A DNA stretch of 52,189 nucleotides from Actinomycetes bacterium. GTDB taxonomy: Bacteria; Actinomycetota; Thermoleophilia; BMS3ABIN01. This document shows, piece after piece, positions 1-13,430 of this stretch. The stretch covers positions 1-52,189 of the forward strand of contig JAJRWQ010000068.1 of the NCBI GenBank assembly GCA_024276735.1. Direction: 5' to 3'. How positions within the stretch are numbered: the first letter of the stretch is position 1; every line of letters starts with the position of its first letter. The notes under the pieces were generated by a model. The model made no database searches. It was not told where the DNA came from and worked only from the letters and a program-made list of their open reading frames with translations. The position numbers and the translations under genes are program-made.

Positions 1-1104
1 AGCCCGGTCCAGGGGGCGGATCACCTCCGCGTCGGCCACGCGGGCGCCCGCCACCGCCTCGGCGATGGTGCCGCCGGCGACGCTGGGCGAGTCGCCGTCC
101 AGCTTGCCGGCATCGAGCAAAACCTTCATCAGCGCCGCCACGCCGCCGGCGCGGTGCAGGTCCTCCATGTGATGCGCGCCGGCAGGCGAGAGCGAACAGA
201 TGTGGGGAGTATCGCCGGCGATATCGTTGATCGCCGCCAGCTGGTAGTCGGCCTCCGCCTCGTGCGCCACCGCCGCCACGTGCAGCACGGTGTTGGTGGA
301 ACAGCCGAGGGCGGCGTCGACCGTGAGCGCGTTCCTCACCGCCGCGGCGCCGACGATGTCGCGGGGCCTGAGCCCTTCCTCCACCAGCTTCACCGCCCGG
401 CGGCCGCTCTCGCGCGCCAGCCGCAGGCGGGCGGCGTCCACGGCGGGAATGGTGCCGTTGCCGGGCAGCGCCAGCCCCAGCGCCTCGGTGAGGCAGTTCA
501 TGGAGTTGGCGGTGAAGAGGCCGGCGCAGGAGCCGCAGCCGGGGCAGGCGCAGGCTTCCAGCTCTGCCAGGCGCTCCGCCTCCATCCTGCCGGTGAGCCC
601 TGCTCCCACCGCCTCGAACACGTCGTGCAGGTCCACCTTCTCGCCGTCCAGGTCACCGGCGAGCATGGGACCGCCGCTGACGACGATGGCGGGCACGTTC
701 ACCCGCAGCGCCCCCATCATCATTCCCGGGACGATCTTGTCGCAGGTGGGCATCAGCACCAGGCCGTCGAAAGCGTGGGCGCGGGCCATGATCTCGATCT
801 CGTCGGCGATCACCTCGCGGCTCACCAGCGAGAAGCGCATGCCCTCGTGGTTCATGGCGATGCCGTCGCAGACGCCGATGCCGCCGAACTCGAAGGGCAC
901 GCCGCCGGCGTCGCGGATGCCGTCCTTGACCGCCTCCGCCAGCGAACGCAGGTGCAGGTGACCGGGAACCACCTCGCTGAAGGCGTTGGCGACGCCGATG
1001 AACGGCTTGTCCATGTCCTCGTCACCCAGCCCCAGCGCCCGCAGCAGCGAGCGGTGAGGCGCCCTGGCGATGCCCTTGGTAATCTCGTCGCTGGGGAGCT
1101 TCAC
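1..1104 (-). CDS. ilvD: dihydroxy-acid dehydratase (3' end runs off the window)
   Basis: Not in the ORF track. Manual minus-strand translation from GTG at 1104 gives MKLPSDEITKGIARAPHRSLLRALG...KPFIGVAN...VCDGIAMNHEGMRFSLVSREVIAD...CDKIVPGMMMGALR...VSGGPM, all IlvD signatures. Confidence 0.95.
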   Translation of the reverse strand, partial: MKLPSDEITKGIARAPHRSLLRALGLGDEDMDKPFIGVANAFSEVVPGHLHLRSLAEAVKDGIRDAGGVPFEFGGIGVCDGIAMNHEGMRFSLVSREVIADEIEIMARAHAFDGLVLMPTCDKIVPGMMMGALRVNVPAIVVSGGPMLAGDLDGEKVDLHDVFEAVGAGLTGRMEAERLAELEACACPGCGSCAGLFTANSMNCLTEALGLALPGNGTIPAVDAARLRLARESGRRAVKLVEEGLRPRDIVGAAAVRNALTVDAALGCSTNTVLHVAAVAHEAEADYQLAAINDIAGDTPHICSLSPAGAHHMEDLHRAGGVAALMKVLLDAGKLDGDSPSVAGGTIAEAVAGARVADAEVIRPLDRA

Positions 1105-1382
1105 TTCACCACCAAAACTTCGTCCGCCCATCTGAAAACCCGCGTGACAAGCGGGTGAAATTTATACTATCATATTAGTGCACGCCCATGGCGGGCAGCA
1201 CGGCGGGCAAACCCCCATTTCACCCATAGCTCCAGGATCGCTGCTCAACCGGGTCCCACCTCGAACCGATAAGCCTTGAAGAAACGGCCGGCGGAGTCCG
1301 CCCTTCAGGGACTCCCGGCGAAAAGGGGTCGCGCTTGGTGGGGGGCGTGACCCGGGGCAGGCGGGATCGACAGGGCAGAGGC

Positions 1383-4198
1383 ATGAAGCTGCAAAACAAG
1401 ATCCCTCTATACATCGTCTCCATCATCCTGGTGATCGGCGTGGTGGGCTCCATCGCCATCATCTCGGTCCAGAAACGCGCCAGCACGCGCCAGTTCGAGG
1501 ACACGGCGAGCGCCATCTCCATCAACATCCTCAACGGCCTCGAGCAGGACATGCTCAACCAGGACCGCAGCCACATCCAGCAGACGCTGGACGACCTGAG
1601 CCAGAACGACGCCATCAACGAGATCGACGTCGTCTCCCCCGACGGCAGCATCTGGGCCTCCACCGATCCCGGCGCCATCGATACCGCCACCGGCGAGGCG
1701 GCACGCAACCTGCTCGCCGGCAACACCGGCGACAAGTACGTGAGCGACTACGGGCTCGACCACCTGACCCTGATCACTCCCATCCCCGCCAAGCAGGAGT
1801 GCCTGCAGTGCCACGGCACCATCGCCGCGGCGCCCAACGCCCGGAACTCCCTGGGGGCCATCCGCGTGGACGTCAGCACCGCCTCGCTGGACGAGAGCGT
1901 CACCCGCAGCCAGCAGATCCTGATCATCGTCGGCCTGCTCACCTTCGTGCTGGTGACGGGAACCATCGTGTTCATGCTGCGCCGCTCGGTGCTGCGGCCG
2001 CTCTCGCGCCTCACCGACGCCGCCATGCGCATCAGCAACGGCGACTACTCCACGCGGGTGCCGGTGAAATCGGCGGAAAACGAGATCGGCGCCGTCTCCG
2101 TGGCCTTCAACGAGATGGTCGACGAGGTGGAGAGCCACACGCGCAAGCTGCAGGAAGCCAACCGCGAGCTGGAAAAGGCCAACCGGCTGAAGTCGGAGTT
2201 CCTGGCCAACATGAGCCACGAGCTGCGCACCCCGCTCAACGTGATCATCGGCTTCTCGGAGGTGCTCCGGGACACGCCGCCGGAGCAGCTCGGGGAAGAA
2301 GACCGGCGCGAGTTCGCCGAGAACATCGTCTCCAGCGGCTACCACCTGCTGGAGCTGATCAACGACGTGCTCGACCTGGCCAAGGTGGAGGCGGGCCAGA
2401 TGGAGATCGTGCCCGAGGAGTTCTTCGTGGGAAGCGTGCTCAAGGAGGTGGTGACCACCCTGCAGCCGCTGGCGGCGAAGAAGGGGCTCACCATCGACGT
2501 GGACCTCTCGGAACACCTCACCAGCGTCTACGCCGACCCGGGCAAGTTCCGGCAGATCCTGTACAACCTCCTGAGCAACGCCATCAAGTTCACCCCCGAG
2601 GGCGGCTCGGTGAACGTCTCGGGAGTGGTGATGGGCAACACCGCCCGCTTCGCCGTCGCCGACACCGGCATCGGCATCGCCGAGGACGACCAGGAAAGGA
2701 TCTTCTCCGAGTTCCAGCAGGTGGACGGCTCGGCCGCCCGCCAGTTCGAGGGCACCGGCCTGGGCCTGGCGCTGACGAAGAAGTTCGTGGAAATGCACGG
2801 CGGCCGCATCTGGGTGGAGAGCGAGCTGGGCGCCGGCAGCACCTTCTACTTCACCCTGCCGCTCCCCGCCGGCTCGTCGCTTCCGGCCGCCACCCCCGCG
2901 GAGCGGGAGGTGGGCAAGGGCGCCGCGGTGGCGCCCGCCGCCCCCCGGGACCGGGACGAGGAGGAGGCGGCCCCGGAGATCCTGGTGGTGGAGGACGACC
3001 GCGCCACCGCCGACCTGATCAGCGTCTGGCTGGAGAAGGAAGGTTACCGGGTGGACGTGGCCACCGACGGCGACGAGGCCCTGGAGAAGACCCGGCAAAA
3101 CCACCCCTTCGCCGTCTGCCTGGACATCATGCTTCCCCGCCGCGACGGCTGGCAGGTGCTCCACGACCTCAAGTCCGACCCGGAGACGGAGGACGTGGGG
3201 GTGATCATCTGCTCTGCCCTGAACAACCCGGACCTGGGCTTCGCCCTGGGGGCGGCGGACTACTGCGTCAAGCCCCTGAGCCGCCAGTCGCTGCTGGAGA
3301 AGCTGGATGGCCTGAAAAAGGTGCTCGACGGCCGGCGCTCGCAGCCGCAGGTGCTGATCGCCGATCCCGACGTCGAGGCCGCCCGCACCACCGCCGAGCT
3401 GCTGCAGCGCCAGGGCTACGGCGCCAAGACCGCCGCCAGCGGCGAGGAGGCCGTCAGCCTGGCGCTGGAGCTGTGCCCCGACATCGTCATTCTCGACCTG
3501 ATGCTGGAAGACACCGGCTGCTTCGACGCCGTCTCCTCCCTGAGGCGGCACCCCCTGACGGCGGACATCCCCATCATCGTCACCGCCGGCGGCAAGCCCG
3601 AGGACGAGGGCCTGCGCTTCCTGGAGAAGAACGTGCAGAAGGTAGTGAACAAGGGCGACGGCCGCGAGCTGCTGCTGGCGGAGATCTTCCGCCTGGAGAA
3701 ACTGGACCCCGACCGGGCGCGGCTGGTGGACGCGGAGACGCGGCTCTTCAACCGCCGCTACTTCCACAAGCGGCTGGCGGAGGAGATCCGGCGGGCGGAA
3801 CGCTACTCGCTCGACGTGTCGGCGATGCTGGTATCGCTGAGGCACGAAGACGGGCGGCCGCTCAGCGACGGCTCCGTGCTGCGCCGCGTCGCCGGCATCC
3901 TCCGGGGCAAGCTGCGCGCCGCCGATCCCGTGTCGCGGTACGACGAGAACCGCTTCGCGATCCTGCTGCCGGAGACGCCGCGGCGCTCGGGTCTCGCCGC
4001 CGCGGAAAAGTGGTACGCTACCTCGGCGGCGTCACCTTCACCGCCAGCGACGGCACCAGGATCAAGGCCTCGGTGAACGCGGCGATAACCGACTCCCCAA
4101 GTGGTAAAATCTCCTATGAGCAGGTAACGGCGAGACTGGAACAGGCGCTGGCCCAGGCAGAGGCGGCCGCCGGGGACAGCGTGCGACAGGTGGTATGA
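1383..4198 (+). CDS. hybrid sensor histidine kinase (TM, CXXCH sensor, TM, HAMP, HisKA, HATPase, REC, REC, degenerate GGDEF); frameshift at ~4008-4010
   Basis: [15 protein letters not shown]-box, [22 protein letters not shown], two REC domains, and FNRRYF...[15 protein letters not shown]. The GGDEF C-terminus ([10 protein letters not shown]...IKASVNAAI...QVV) continues in the -1 frame to 4198, where it overlaps the next ATG (ATGA). Confidence 0.9.
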
Positions 4199-4599
4199 GC
4201 AACATGGACGGCAACGAACAGGAAACAGGCGCAAAGGCAAGGATACTGCTGGTCGAGGACAACCACATGAACTCGCGGCTGACGGAGTTCGTGCTGGAGC
4301 GGGACGGCTACGCGGTGGAGATCGTCACCACCGGCGAGGACGCGCTGGTGGCCGCCCGCGAAAACAAGCCCGACCTGATCCTGATGGACATCCAGCTGCC
4401 GGGGATGGACGGGCTGGAGGCCACCCGCATCCTCAAGCAGGATCCCCAGACCGCCTCGGTGCCCATCGTGGCCATCACCGCCCACGCCATGCGCGGCGAC
4501 GAGGAGCGCATCATCGCCGCCGGCTGCGAAGGCTACATCCCCAAGCCGATCAACACCTGGAAGCTCGGGGAGACCCTGTCGCGTTACCTGCAGGACTGA
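4195..4599 (+). CDS. single-domain response regulator (DivK/CheY-like)
   Basis: ILLVEDN, DLILMDIQLPGMDG, AITAHAM, YIPKP. Confidence 0.93.
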   Translation: MSNMDGNEQETGAKARILLVEDNHMNSRLTEFVLERDGYAVEIVTTGEDALVAARENKPDLILMDIQLPGMDGLEATRILKQDPQTASVPIVAITAHAMRGDEERIIAAGCEGYIPKPINTWKLGETLSRYLQD

Positions 4600-4629
4600 G
4601 CGGCGGGGACGCCCGCCCCGGCGGCCACC

Positions 4630-6288
4630 CTAGAGCCGGCCGGAACGAAGGATTCCCACCACCAGCCAAAGGCCGAAGAAACCCGAGGCCAGGTAACCAG
4701 CCAGGGCGAACACGGAAATGCCCGCCACCTGGGGCCCCTCGTGGGCAAAGAGGCCGATGATGGCCGATCCCATCAGCACCGCCGCCAGCACGATCGCCAC
4801 CACCAGGCGGTTGGCCATCACCATCAGGCGCCGCATCACCTCTTCCAGGTTGCGGTGGACGAAGTTCAGCTTGACCTCCCCCTGTCGCAGCTGCTCCAGC
4901 ACGTCGTGCACCTGGTAGGGATACTCCATCAGGATGCCGGCGTAGTCCCGCAGGCGCTCGCCGCCCCTGGCCGCCAGCGTCCCCGGCGCGTAGCGGCGGT
5001 ACATGAACTCCCGCGCGTAGGGCTCCACCACCTCCAGCACGTTGAAAGTGGGGCATAGCTCGCGGCCGATCCCCTCCAGCGTGGCCACGGCGCGGTCCAG
5101 CAGCAGGTACTGCACCGGCAGCTTCAGCTTCAGGCGGTAGATGGCCCCGAAGATGTCGCGGAAGACGTGCACCGGGTCGATCTCGTCGAGGCGAGCGCCA
5201 AAGTACTTGGCGAACATGTCCCGGGCCTCCGCTTCGAACTCCGCTTCCTTCTCCCGGGGGAACTCCACGCCCAGCGCCGCCAGGCGCCGGGGCAGGCGTT
5301 CTATCCTTTCGTTCATCACGTCCAGGAAGAGATCGATTATGCTCTGCCGCTCGCTGTCGGCGATGCGCCCGGCGATGCCGAAGTCCACCAGGCCGATGGC
5401 GCCGTCGTCGAGAACGATGATGTTTGCGGGATGGGGATCGCCGTGGAAGAAGCCGTCTTCGAAGATCTGCTTGAACCAGCACTGGGCGATGACCGTGGCC
5501 AGCCGCTGGCGCTCGCCGATGTCCATGGAGTCCAGGCGCAGCTCGTTCACATGGGTTCCCCCGATGTACTGGAGGGTCAGCACCCGCGAGGTGCTGTACT
5601 GCCAGTAAACTTTTGGTATCACCACCGAGTCGTCGTGGAGAAAATTTTTCCTGAACTTCTCGGCGTTGCGCGCCTCCACCCGGTAGTCGAGCTCGTTGCG
5701 GATGGCGCGGGCGAACTGGTCCACCACCCCCACGGGGTCGAAGAAGAGCTCGTGGTGCCAGTGGTCGGCGACCAGGTGGGCGATCTGGTACAGCAGGTCC
5801 ACGTCGGACTCGATCTGCTTCTCTGCCTCCGGGCGCCGTACCTTGATGATCACCAGGTCGCCGTTGGGAAGCAGCGCCCGGTGAACCTGGCCGATGGAGG
5901 CAGCGGCGAGGGGACGGTCCTCGAACTCGATGAACAGCCGTTCCACCGACAGCCCCAGCTCCTCCTCGATGTGCCGGCGGGCCACCTCGGCGGGAAATTC
6001 CTGGACGTCGTCCTGGAGCTTGCGCAGCTCGGCGATGATGTCGGGGGGAACCAGGTCCGGGCGGGTGCTGAGCAGCTGGCCGAACTTGACGAAGGTGGGG
6101 CCCAGCTCCTCCAGCATCTCCCGGATGTGCACTCCCCGGGCGCCGGGCTCCGCCATCTTCTTCCGGCGCCCCGGCACCAAGCGGCGCAGGCGCCGGCCCT
6201 CGAACAGGTACCCGAAACCGTGCTTGACCGCCACCTCGGTGATATGACGCATGCGGTCGACGTTGCGCACGCTGCGTACCAGCGGCAT
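4630..6288 (-). CDS. AarF/ABC1/UbiB family atypical kinase
   Basis: LGPTFVKFGQLLSTRPDL, AAASIGQVH, FFHGDPHPANI, DFG, two C-terminal TM helices; start at ATG 6288. Confidence 0.92.
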   Translation of the reverse strand: MPLVRSVRNVDRMRHITEVAVKHGFGYLFEGRRLRRLVPGRRKKMAEPGARGVHIREMLEELGPTFVKFGQLLSTRPDLVPPDIIAELRKLQDDVQEFPAEVARRHIEEELGLSVERLFIEFEDRPLAAASIGQVHRALLPNGDLVIIKVRRPEAEKQIESDVDLLYQIAHLVADHWHHELFFDPVGVVDQFARAIRNELDYRVEARNAEKFRKNFLHDDSVVIPKVYWQYSTSRVLTLQYIGGTHVNELRLDSMDIGERQRLATVIAQCWFKQIFEDGFFHGDPHPANIIVLDDGAIGLVDFGIAGRIADSERQSIIDLFLDVMNERIERLPRRLAALGVEFPREKEAEFEAEARDMFAKYFGARLDEIDPVHVFRDIFGAIYRLKLKLPVQYLLLDRAVATLEGIGRELCPTFNVLEVVEPYAREFMYRRYAPGTLAARGGERLRDYAGILMEYPYQVHDVLEQLRQGEVKLNFVHRNLEEVMRRLMVMANRLVVAIVLAAVLMGSAIIGLFAHEGPQVAGISVFALAGYLASGFFGLWLVVGILRSGRL

Positions 6289-6292
6289 CTGT

Positions 6293-6655
6293 CTACCCCT
6301 CTCCGCCCTTCCCGCCCGCGGCGGCATCACCCTCCGCGCCGGCGTCGGCCTGCTCCTCCAGCAGCTTCACCCGGTGCTCCAGCTGGGCCAGGCGCAGCTC
6401 CAGGTCCGAGAACTTCTCCCGGGTGGGCAGCGACATCTCGTCCAGGGTGCGCCGCACACTGCCGTCGAGGCCGTCCTTGAGCGAGCGGGCCTCGCCGCGG
6501 GCACGCTCCACCATCTCCTCCAGCAGCCGGCGCCCGTCCCCGGTGGATGCCTCGCCGCGCCGGAGCAGCTCCTCGGCCAGCGCCTCGATCGCCTCCAGGG
6601 CGATCGCGGCCGCGCCCACCGCCAGGAAGATACTGCGTTTACCCGTCTCGTTCAT
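6293..6655 (-). CDS. phasin-like/PHA-granule-associated family coiled-coil protein
   Basis: FLAVGAAAIA...EELLRRGE...LPTRE..DLELRLAQLE pattern; typical neighbour of ABC1 kinases; GGAGG RBS. Confidence 0.65.
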   Translation of the reverse strand: MNETGKRSIFLAVGAAAIALEAIEALAEELLRRGEASTGDGRRLLEEMVERARGEARSLKDGLDGSVRRTLDEMSLPTREKFSDLELRLAQLEHRVKLLEEQADAGAEGDAAAGGKGGEG

Positions 6656-6812
6656 CGGCGACCGCCTCCCCGGACAACTATTGAAACGGCAGACATGCAG
6701 AAAACATTATCACTTCTGTAACGGCAAACCGGGAGGAAGATGAGCCCACCCGCCGGCGGTAGAGATTCTACCCCCGCTCGCGGGGATTTGAACCTGGGGC
6801 GCGGCCGCCGCC

Positions 6813-9131
6813 TCAGGCGCGGGCGGCCTTCCGGCCGGCCTTGCGGCCGGCCTGCTTGCCGGAGCCGGGGCGGTAGCGCTTCTCGCGCTCCTTCCAGAAA
6901 GTGAGCAGCGGCGCCGCCACGAAGATGGAGGAGTAAGCACCGGAGGCGATCCCCACCAGCAGGGCGAAGGCGAAATCCTTCAGCGTCTGGCCGCCGAAGA
7001 CCAGCAGGCAGGCCACCGGCATCAGGGTGGCGAAGGAAGTGATCATCGACCTGACGATCACCTCGGCGATGGATTCGTTCACCATCTGCCCGTAGGTGCC
7101 CCGGCGGGCCCGGGGCGTGTTCTCGCGCACGCGGTCGAAGACGATGATGGTGTCGTACAGGGAGTAACCGAGGATGGTGAGCACCGCGGCCACGGTGGCG
7201 GTGGTGACCTCGCGACCGGTGAGCGAGTAGACGCCCACGGTGATCACCAGGTCGTGGATCAGCGCCACCAGGGTGGCGACGGCGAACTTGTACTCGAAGC
7301 GGAAGGAAACGTAGGCGATGATCAGGATCCAGGCGAAGACGATCGCCTGCACCATCGAGTTCAGTACCTGCCTGCCGAAGGTGGGGCCCACGATCTGCCA
7401 CTGCTTCTCGGAGACCCCCAGGGAGCCGTCCAGGGACTCGACCACCTTTGCCTGCTCCTGGTCGCCGAGCGTCGGCAGGGTCACCTGGTAACGCCCGTCG
7501 CCGGTGCTCTGCACCACGGCGTCGCCGTAGCCGGCGGCGTTCATCGCCTCGCGCACCCCATCGACGGAGGTGTCGCTCTCGAAGCCCACCGTGAGCTTGC
7601 TGCCGCCCTGGAAGTCGATCCCCAGGTTGAGCCCCTTGGTGGAGAGGCTGAAGATGCTGACGACGATGATCAGCCCCGAGAGGGCAAACCAGATCAGCTT
7701 GCGCCCCACGATGTCGAAGGTGAACCAGGGCTGGTACTCCTGGCCGGGCTTGAGACCCATCAGCACCGGGTGGCGGAAGATGCGCAGGTTGGAGAGCAGC
7801 CCCAGCATCGCCCGGGTGGCGAGCACGGCGGTGAACATGCTGATCACCACGCCGATCATCAGCGTCAGCGCGAAGCCCTTGACGCCGGCGGTGGCCACCC
7901 AGAAGATGATCAGGGCGGTGATGATGGTGACGGCGTTGGCGTCGAGGATGGTGCGGAAGCCCTTGCTGTAGCCGGAGCTCACCGCCGAGCGGATGGTCTT
8001 GCCGCTGCGCACCTCCTCCTTGATGCGCTCGAAGATGACCACGTTGGCGTCGGCGGCCATGCCGATGGTGAGGATCATGCCGGCGATGCCGGGAAGGGTC
8101 AGTGTCGCCGGGTACCAGGGATTCACCAGCACCGCCAGGTAGAAGATGCCGTAGATGATCATCGCCAGCACCGCCACCACGCCCAGCAGGCGGTAGTAGA
8201 CGATCATGAAGGCCATCACCAGGATGATGCCCACGGCGGCGGCAAAGAGCCCCTGCCGCAGCGAGTCCTCGCCCAGGGTGTCGCTGACCTCGTTCTTGTG
8301 AATCACCGAAAGCTCCACCGGCAGGGCACCGGTCTGCAGCACCAATACCGTGTTCTCCACTTCCTTGAAGGGGATCTTGCCGGTGATCTCGGCGCTGTCG
8401 CTGTCGATCTTCTCCTTCACCGTGGGCGCCGACTGCACCTCGTCGTCGAGCACGATGGCCATCTGCTGCACCTGGCCGCTGATGGCGCCCTCGGTGGCGA
8501 GCTCGTCGGTCACCTGGGCGAAGCGCTTGGCGCCCTCGCTGGTAAACTTCATGTCCACCTTGGCGTTACCGAGCTGGTCGTAGCCGACGCTGGCCCCCTC
8601 CAGGGCGTCGCCGGTCATCAGCGGCTCGCTGTCCACCACGAACGGCACCTGCAGCGGCTTCCCGGTCTCCTGGTCGCGCACGATCTCGCCGTTCTCGTCA
8701 CGCTGGGCCTGGTAGAGCAGCTGCTTGCCGGGGGGCAGCGTTTCCGCGGTCACCTCGCCCTGGCGGGCCTTCTGGGTGAGATCCTGGTCCACCTTCTTGA
8801 ACTCGAGGATGGCGGTCTTGCCGATGAGGTCCATGGCCTCGTCCACGTTGCTGACGCCGGCGAGGCTGACGGAGATCTGGTTCGTTCCCTGGCGGCTGAT
8901 GATGGGCTCGGCGATTCCCAGCTTGTCCACGCGGTTGCGGATCACCATCTCCGCCTGGTCCATCTTCTCGTCGGTGACGTCTCCCTGGGCCTGCAGCACC
9001 ACCTCCAGGCCCCCCTGCAGGTCCAGCCCCAGGTGAGCACTCTCGGAAAGGGGATAGATGAGGTAGAGGGACACGGCCACCAGGGCCAGCATCACGCCGA
9101 TGATGAGCAGGTTTCTTTGTTTCTCCGTCAA
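6813..9131 (-). CDS. secDF: fused protein translocase subunit SecDF
   Basis: LGLDLQGG, GMAADANVVIFERIKEE (SecD) and LGIDFQGG, GYSLYDTIIVFDRVREN (SecF) in one ORF. Confidence 0.95.
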   Translation of the reverse strand: MTEKQRNLLIIGVMLALVAVSLYLIYPLSESAHLGLDLQGGLEVVLQAQGDVTDEKMDQAEMVIRNRVDKLGIAEPIISRQGTNQISVSLAGVSNVDEAMDLIGKTAILEFKKVDQDLTQKARQGEVTAETLPPGKQLLYQAQRDENGEIVRDQETGKPLQVPFVVDSEPLMTGDALEGASVGYDQLGNAKVDMKFTSEGAKRFAQVTDELATEGAISGQVQQMAIVLDDEVQSAPTVKEKIDSDSAEITGKIPFKEVENTVLVLQTGALPVELSVIHKNEVSDTLGEDSLRQGLFAAAVGIILVMAFMIVYYRLLGVVAVLAMIIYGIFYLAVLVNPWYPATLTLPGIAGMILTIGMAADANVVIFERIKEEVRSGKTIRSAVSSGYSKGFRTILDANAVTIITALIIFWVATAGVKGFALTLMIGVVISMFTAVLATRAMLGLLSNLRIFRHPVLMGLKPGQEYQPWFTFDIVGRKLIWFALSGLIIVVSIFSLSTKGLNLGIDFQGGSKLTVGFESDTSVDGVREAMNAAGYGDAVVQSTGDGRYQVTLPTLGDQEQAKVVESLDGSLGVSEKQWQIVGPTFGRQVLNSMVQAIVFAWILIIAYVSFRFEYKFAVATLVALIHDLVITVGVYSLTGREVTTATVAAVLTILGYSLYDTIIVFDRVRENTPRARRGTYGQMVNESIAEVIVRSMITSFATLMPVACLLVFGGQTLKDFAFALLVGIASGAYSSIFVAAPLLTFWKEREKRYRPGSGKQAGRKAGRKAARA

Positions 9132-9239
9132 GCCAGTATCAAGTGGTAGGGATGTCGATGCCGGGGGGCGCTCTCCGGAAGGCGGCGTACCCGGGCAGTC
9201 ACACGCCAGCGAAAAGCATAAGTCATAAAGAGGGGGCTG

Positions 9240-9605
9240 TCAAAGCAGCCGGCGCAGCTGCTCCTCCACCCGCCGCACCAGTTCCCCGGCATCCAGGCCG
9301 TCGGTGGCCAGCACGATGTCCGCCTGCTGCCGGGCGCGGGCCAGCCGCCGGCGCTGCTCCGCCAGCTGGCGCGGCTCCCAGCCGGTCTGCTTGCGCCCGG
9401 CGACGGTCTCGTCGGAGGCCTCCAGGTAGATCACCACCCGCGGCCGCGTGCGCCGGAAGAGGTCCGGTACCAGCGAGTGTTCCTGCGATACCGAGCGGGC
9501 GCGGTAGCCGCGCCGCGCCAGCGCCTGCGCCAGCAGCGACTTGCCCGAGCCGCAGACGCCGACGATGACGATGCCGCCCTCGCGATCGCTTGCCGACTCT
9601 CCCAT
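9240..9605 (-). CDS. small P-loop (NMP-kinase-like) hypothetical protein
   Basis: IVIVGVCGSGKS Walker A, VIYLEASDETV, ADIVLATD. Confidence 0.75.
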   Translation of the reverse strand: MGESASDREGGIVIVGVCGSGKSLLAQALARRGYRARSVSQEHSLVPDLFRRTRPRVVIYLEASDETVAGRKQTGWEPRQLAEQRRRLARARQQADIVLATDGLDAGELVRRVEEQLRRLL

Positions 9606-9662
9606 GTCCGACCCCCGTGGATCATCAAGCTCCCGGCGCCGGCAGCCGGCGGTGCGACGAAG

Positions 9663-10370
9663 CTACAGCGGGTAGTGAACGGTCATCTCCCGCACCTGCC
9701 CCCCGTCACCGTCGCCGGCGACCTTCAGCGCCACCACGCTGATGTCGTCCCCGGCACGGCCGCCGTCCCGCTCCAGCGCCCAGCGCAGCATGCCCCGGCT
9801 CACCTCCGCCGCCGACCCCCGGGCCAGCGACGCCGCCACCGAGGCCAGCTCCGCGGGCGTCGCCGGCCGGCCGCTGCCCCTGCCCGCGGCGAGGATGCCG
9901 TCGGAGAAGGCCACCACCGTGCGCGGCTCCATCAGGGGAAACTGCTCTATCTGCGGCCGGATCATGCGCCGGGTGCCGATGGGCACCGCCTCCGCCTCCA
10001 GCAGCCGCGTCTCCCCCTCCCCTTCGATCACCAGCACCGGGCAATTGGAGTTGCGGGAGACCACCAGTTGCCCGTGGTTGGTGTCGGCGGAAATGATGGT
10101 CAGGGTCGCCGAGACCTGGGCCCGCCGCTGGGCGTAGAGGGCGTCGTGCACCGCCCGGGCGACGGCGCCGTCACGGGCACCCTCGGCGATCAGGGAGATG
10201 GCCCGGGAGACGACGAAGGAGCTGATGGCCTTGGCGGCGGCGCCGCTGCCTTGCCCGTCGGAGAGCACCACGCTCAGCCCCCCCGTGGGCCGCTCCGTCA
10301 CCTCGACGGTGTCCCCGCCGGGCGAAACCCCGAACTTGTCGGTCTTGCTGACGGCGATCTCGAGCTGCAA
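9663..10370 (-). CDS. PP2C/SpoIIE family Ser/Thr phosphatase
   Basis: GGD, VLSDGQGSG, FSDGI, DDISVV motifs. Confidence 0.88.
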   Translation of the reverse strand: MQLEIAVSKTDKFGVSPGGDTVEVTERPTGGLSVVLSDGQGSGAAAKAISSFVVSRAISLIAEGARDGAVARAVHDALYAQRRAQVSATLTIISADTNHGQLVVSRNSNCPVLVIEGEGETRLLEAEAVPIGTRRMIRPQIEQFPLMEPRTVVAFSDGILAAGRGSGRPATPAELASVAASLARGSAAEVSRGMLRWALERDGGRAGDDISVVALKVAGDGDGGQVREMTVHYPL

Positions 10371-10376
10371 GGGAAG

Positions 10377-13352
<2,976 letters not shown>

Positions 13353-13430
13353 CGCCGCCTCCCTGTAGCCGCCGGGGCGCGGCCCATGCCGCCCGCCCGG
13401 CCGTACGCTACGCGAAGCCCCGCCGCATCA

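Noticed and set aside
1200-1375. c-di-GMP-I riboswitch upstream of the kinase (GGGCAAACC plus two hairpins)
   Set aside because: Lacks the GNRA loop and the downstream GCAAAGC/receptor elements; the hairpins are explicable by GC content.
6780-6800. GGTTCAAATCC on the minus strand, resembling a tRNA T-loop
   Set aside because: Only a 2-bp stem; no acceptor, D or anticodon arms.
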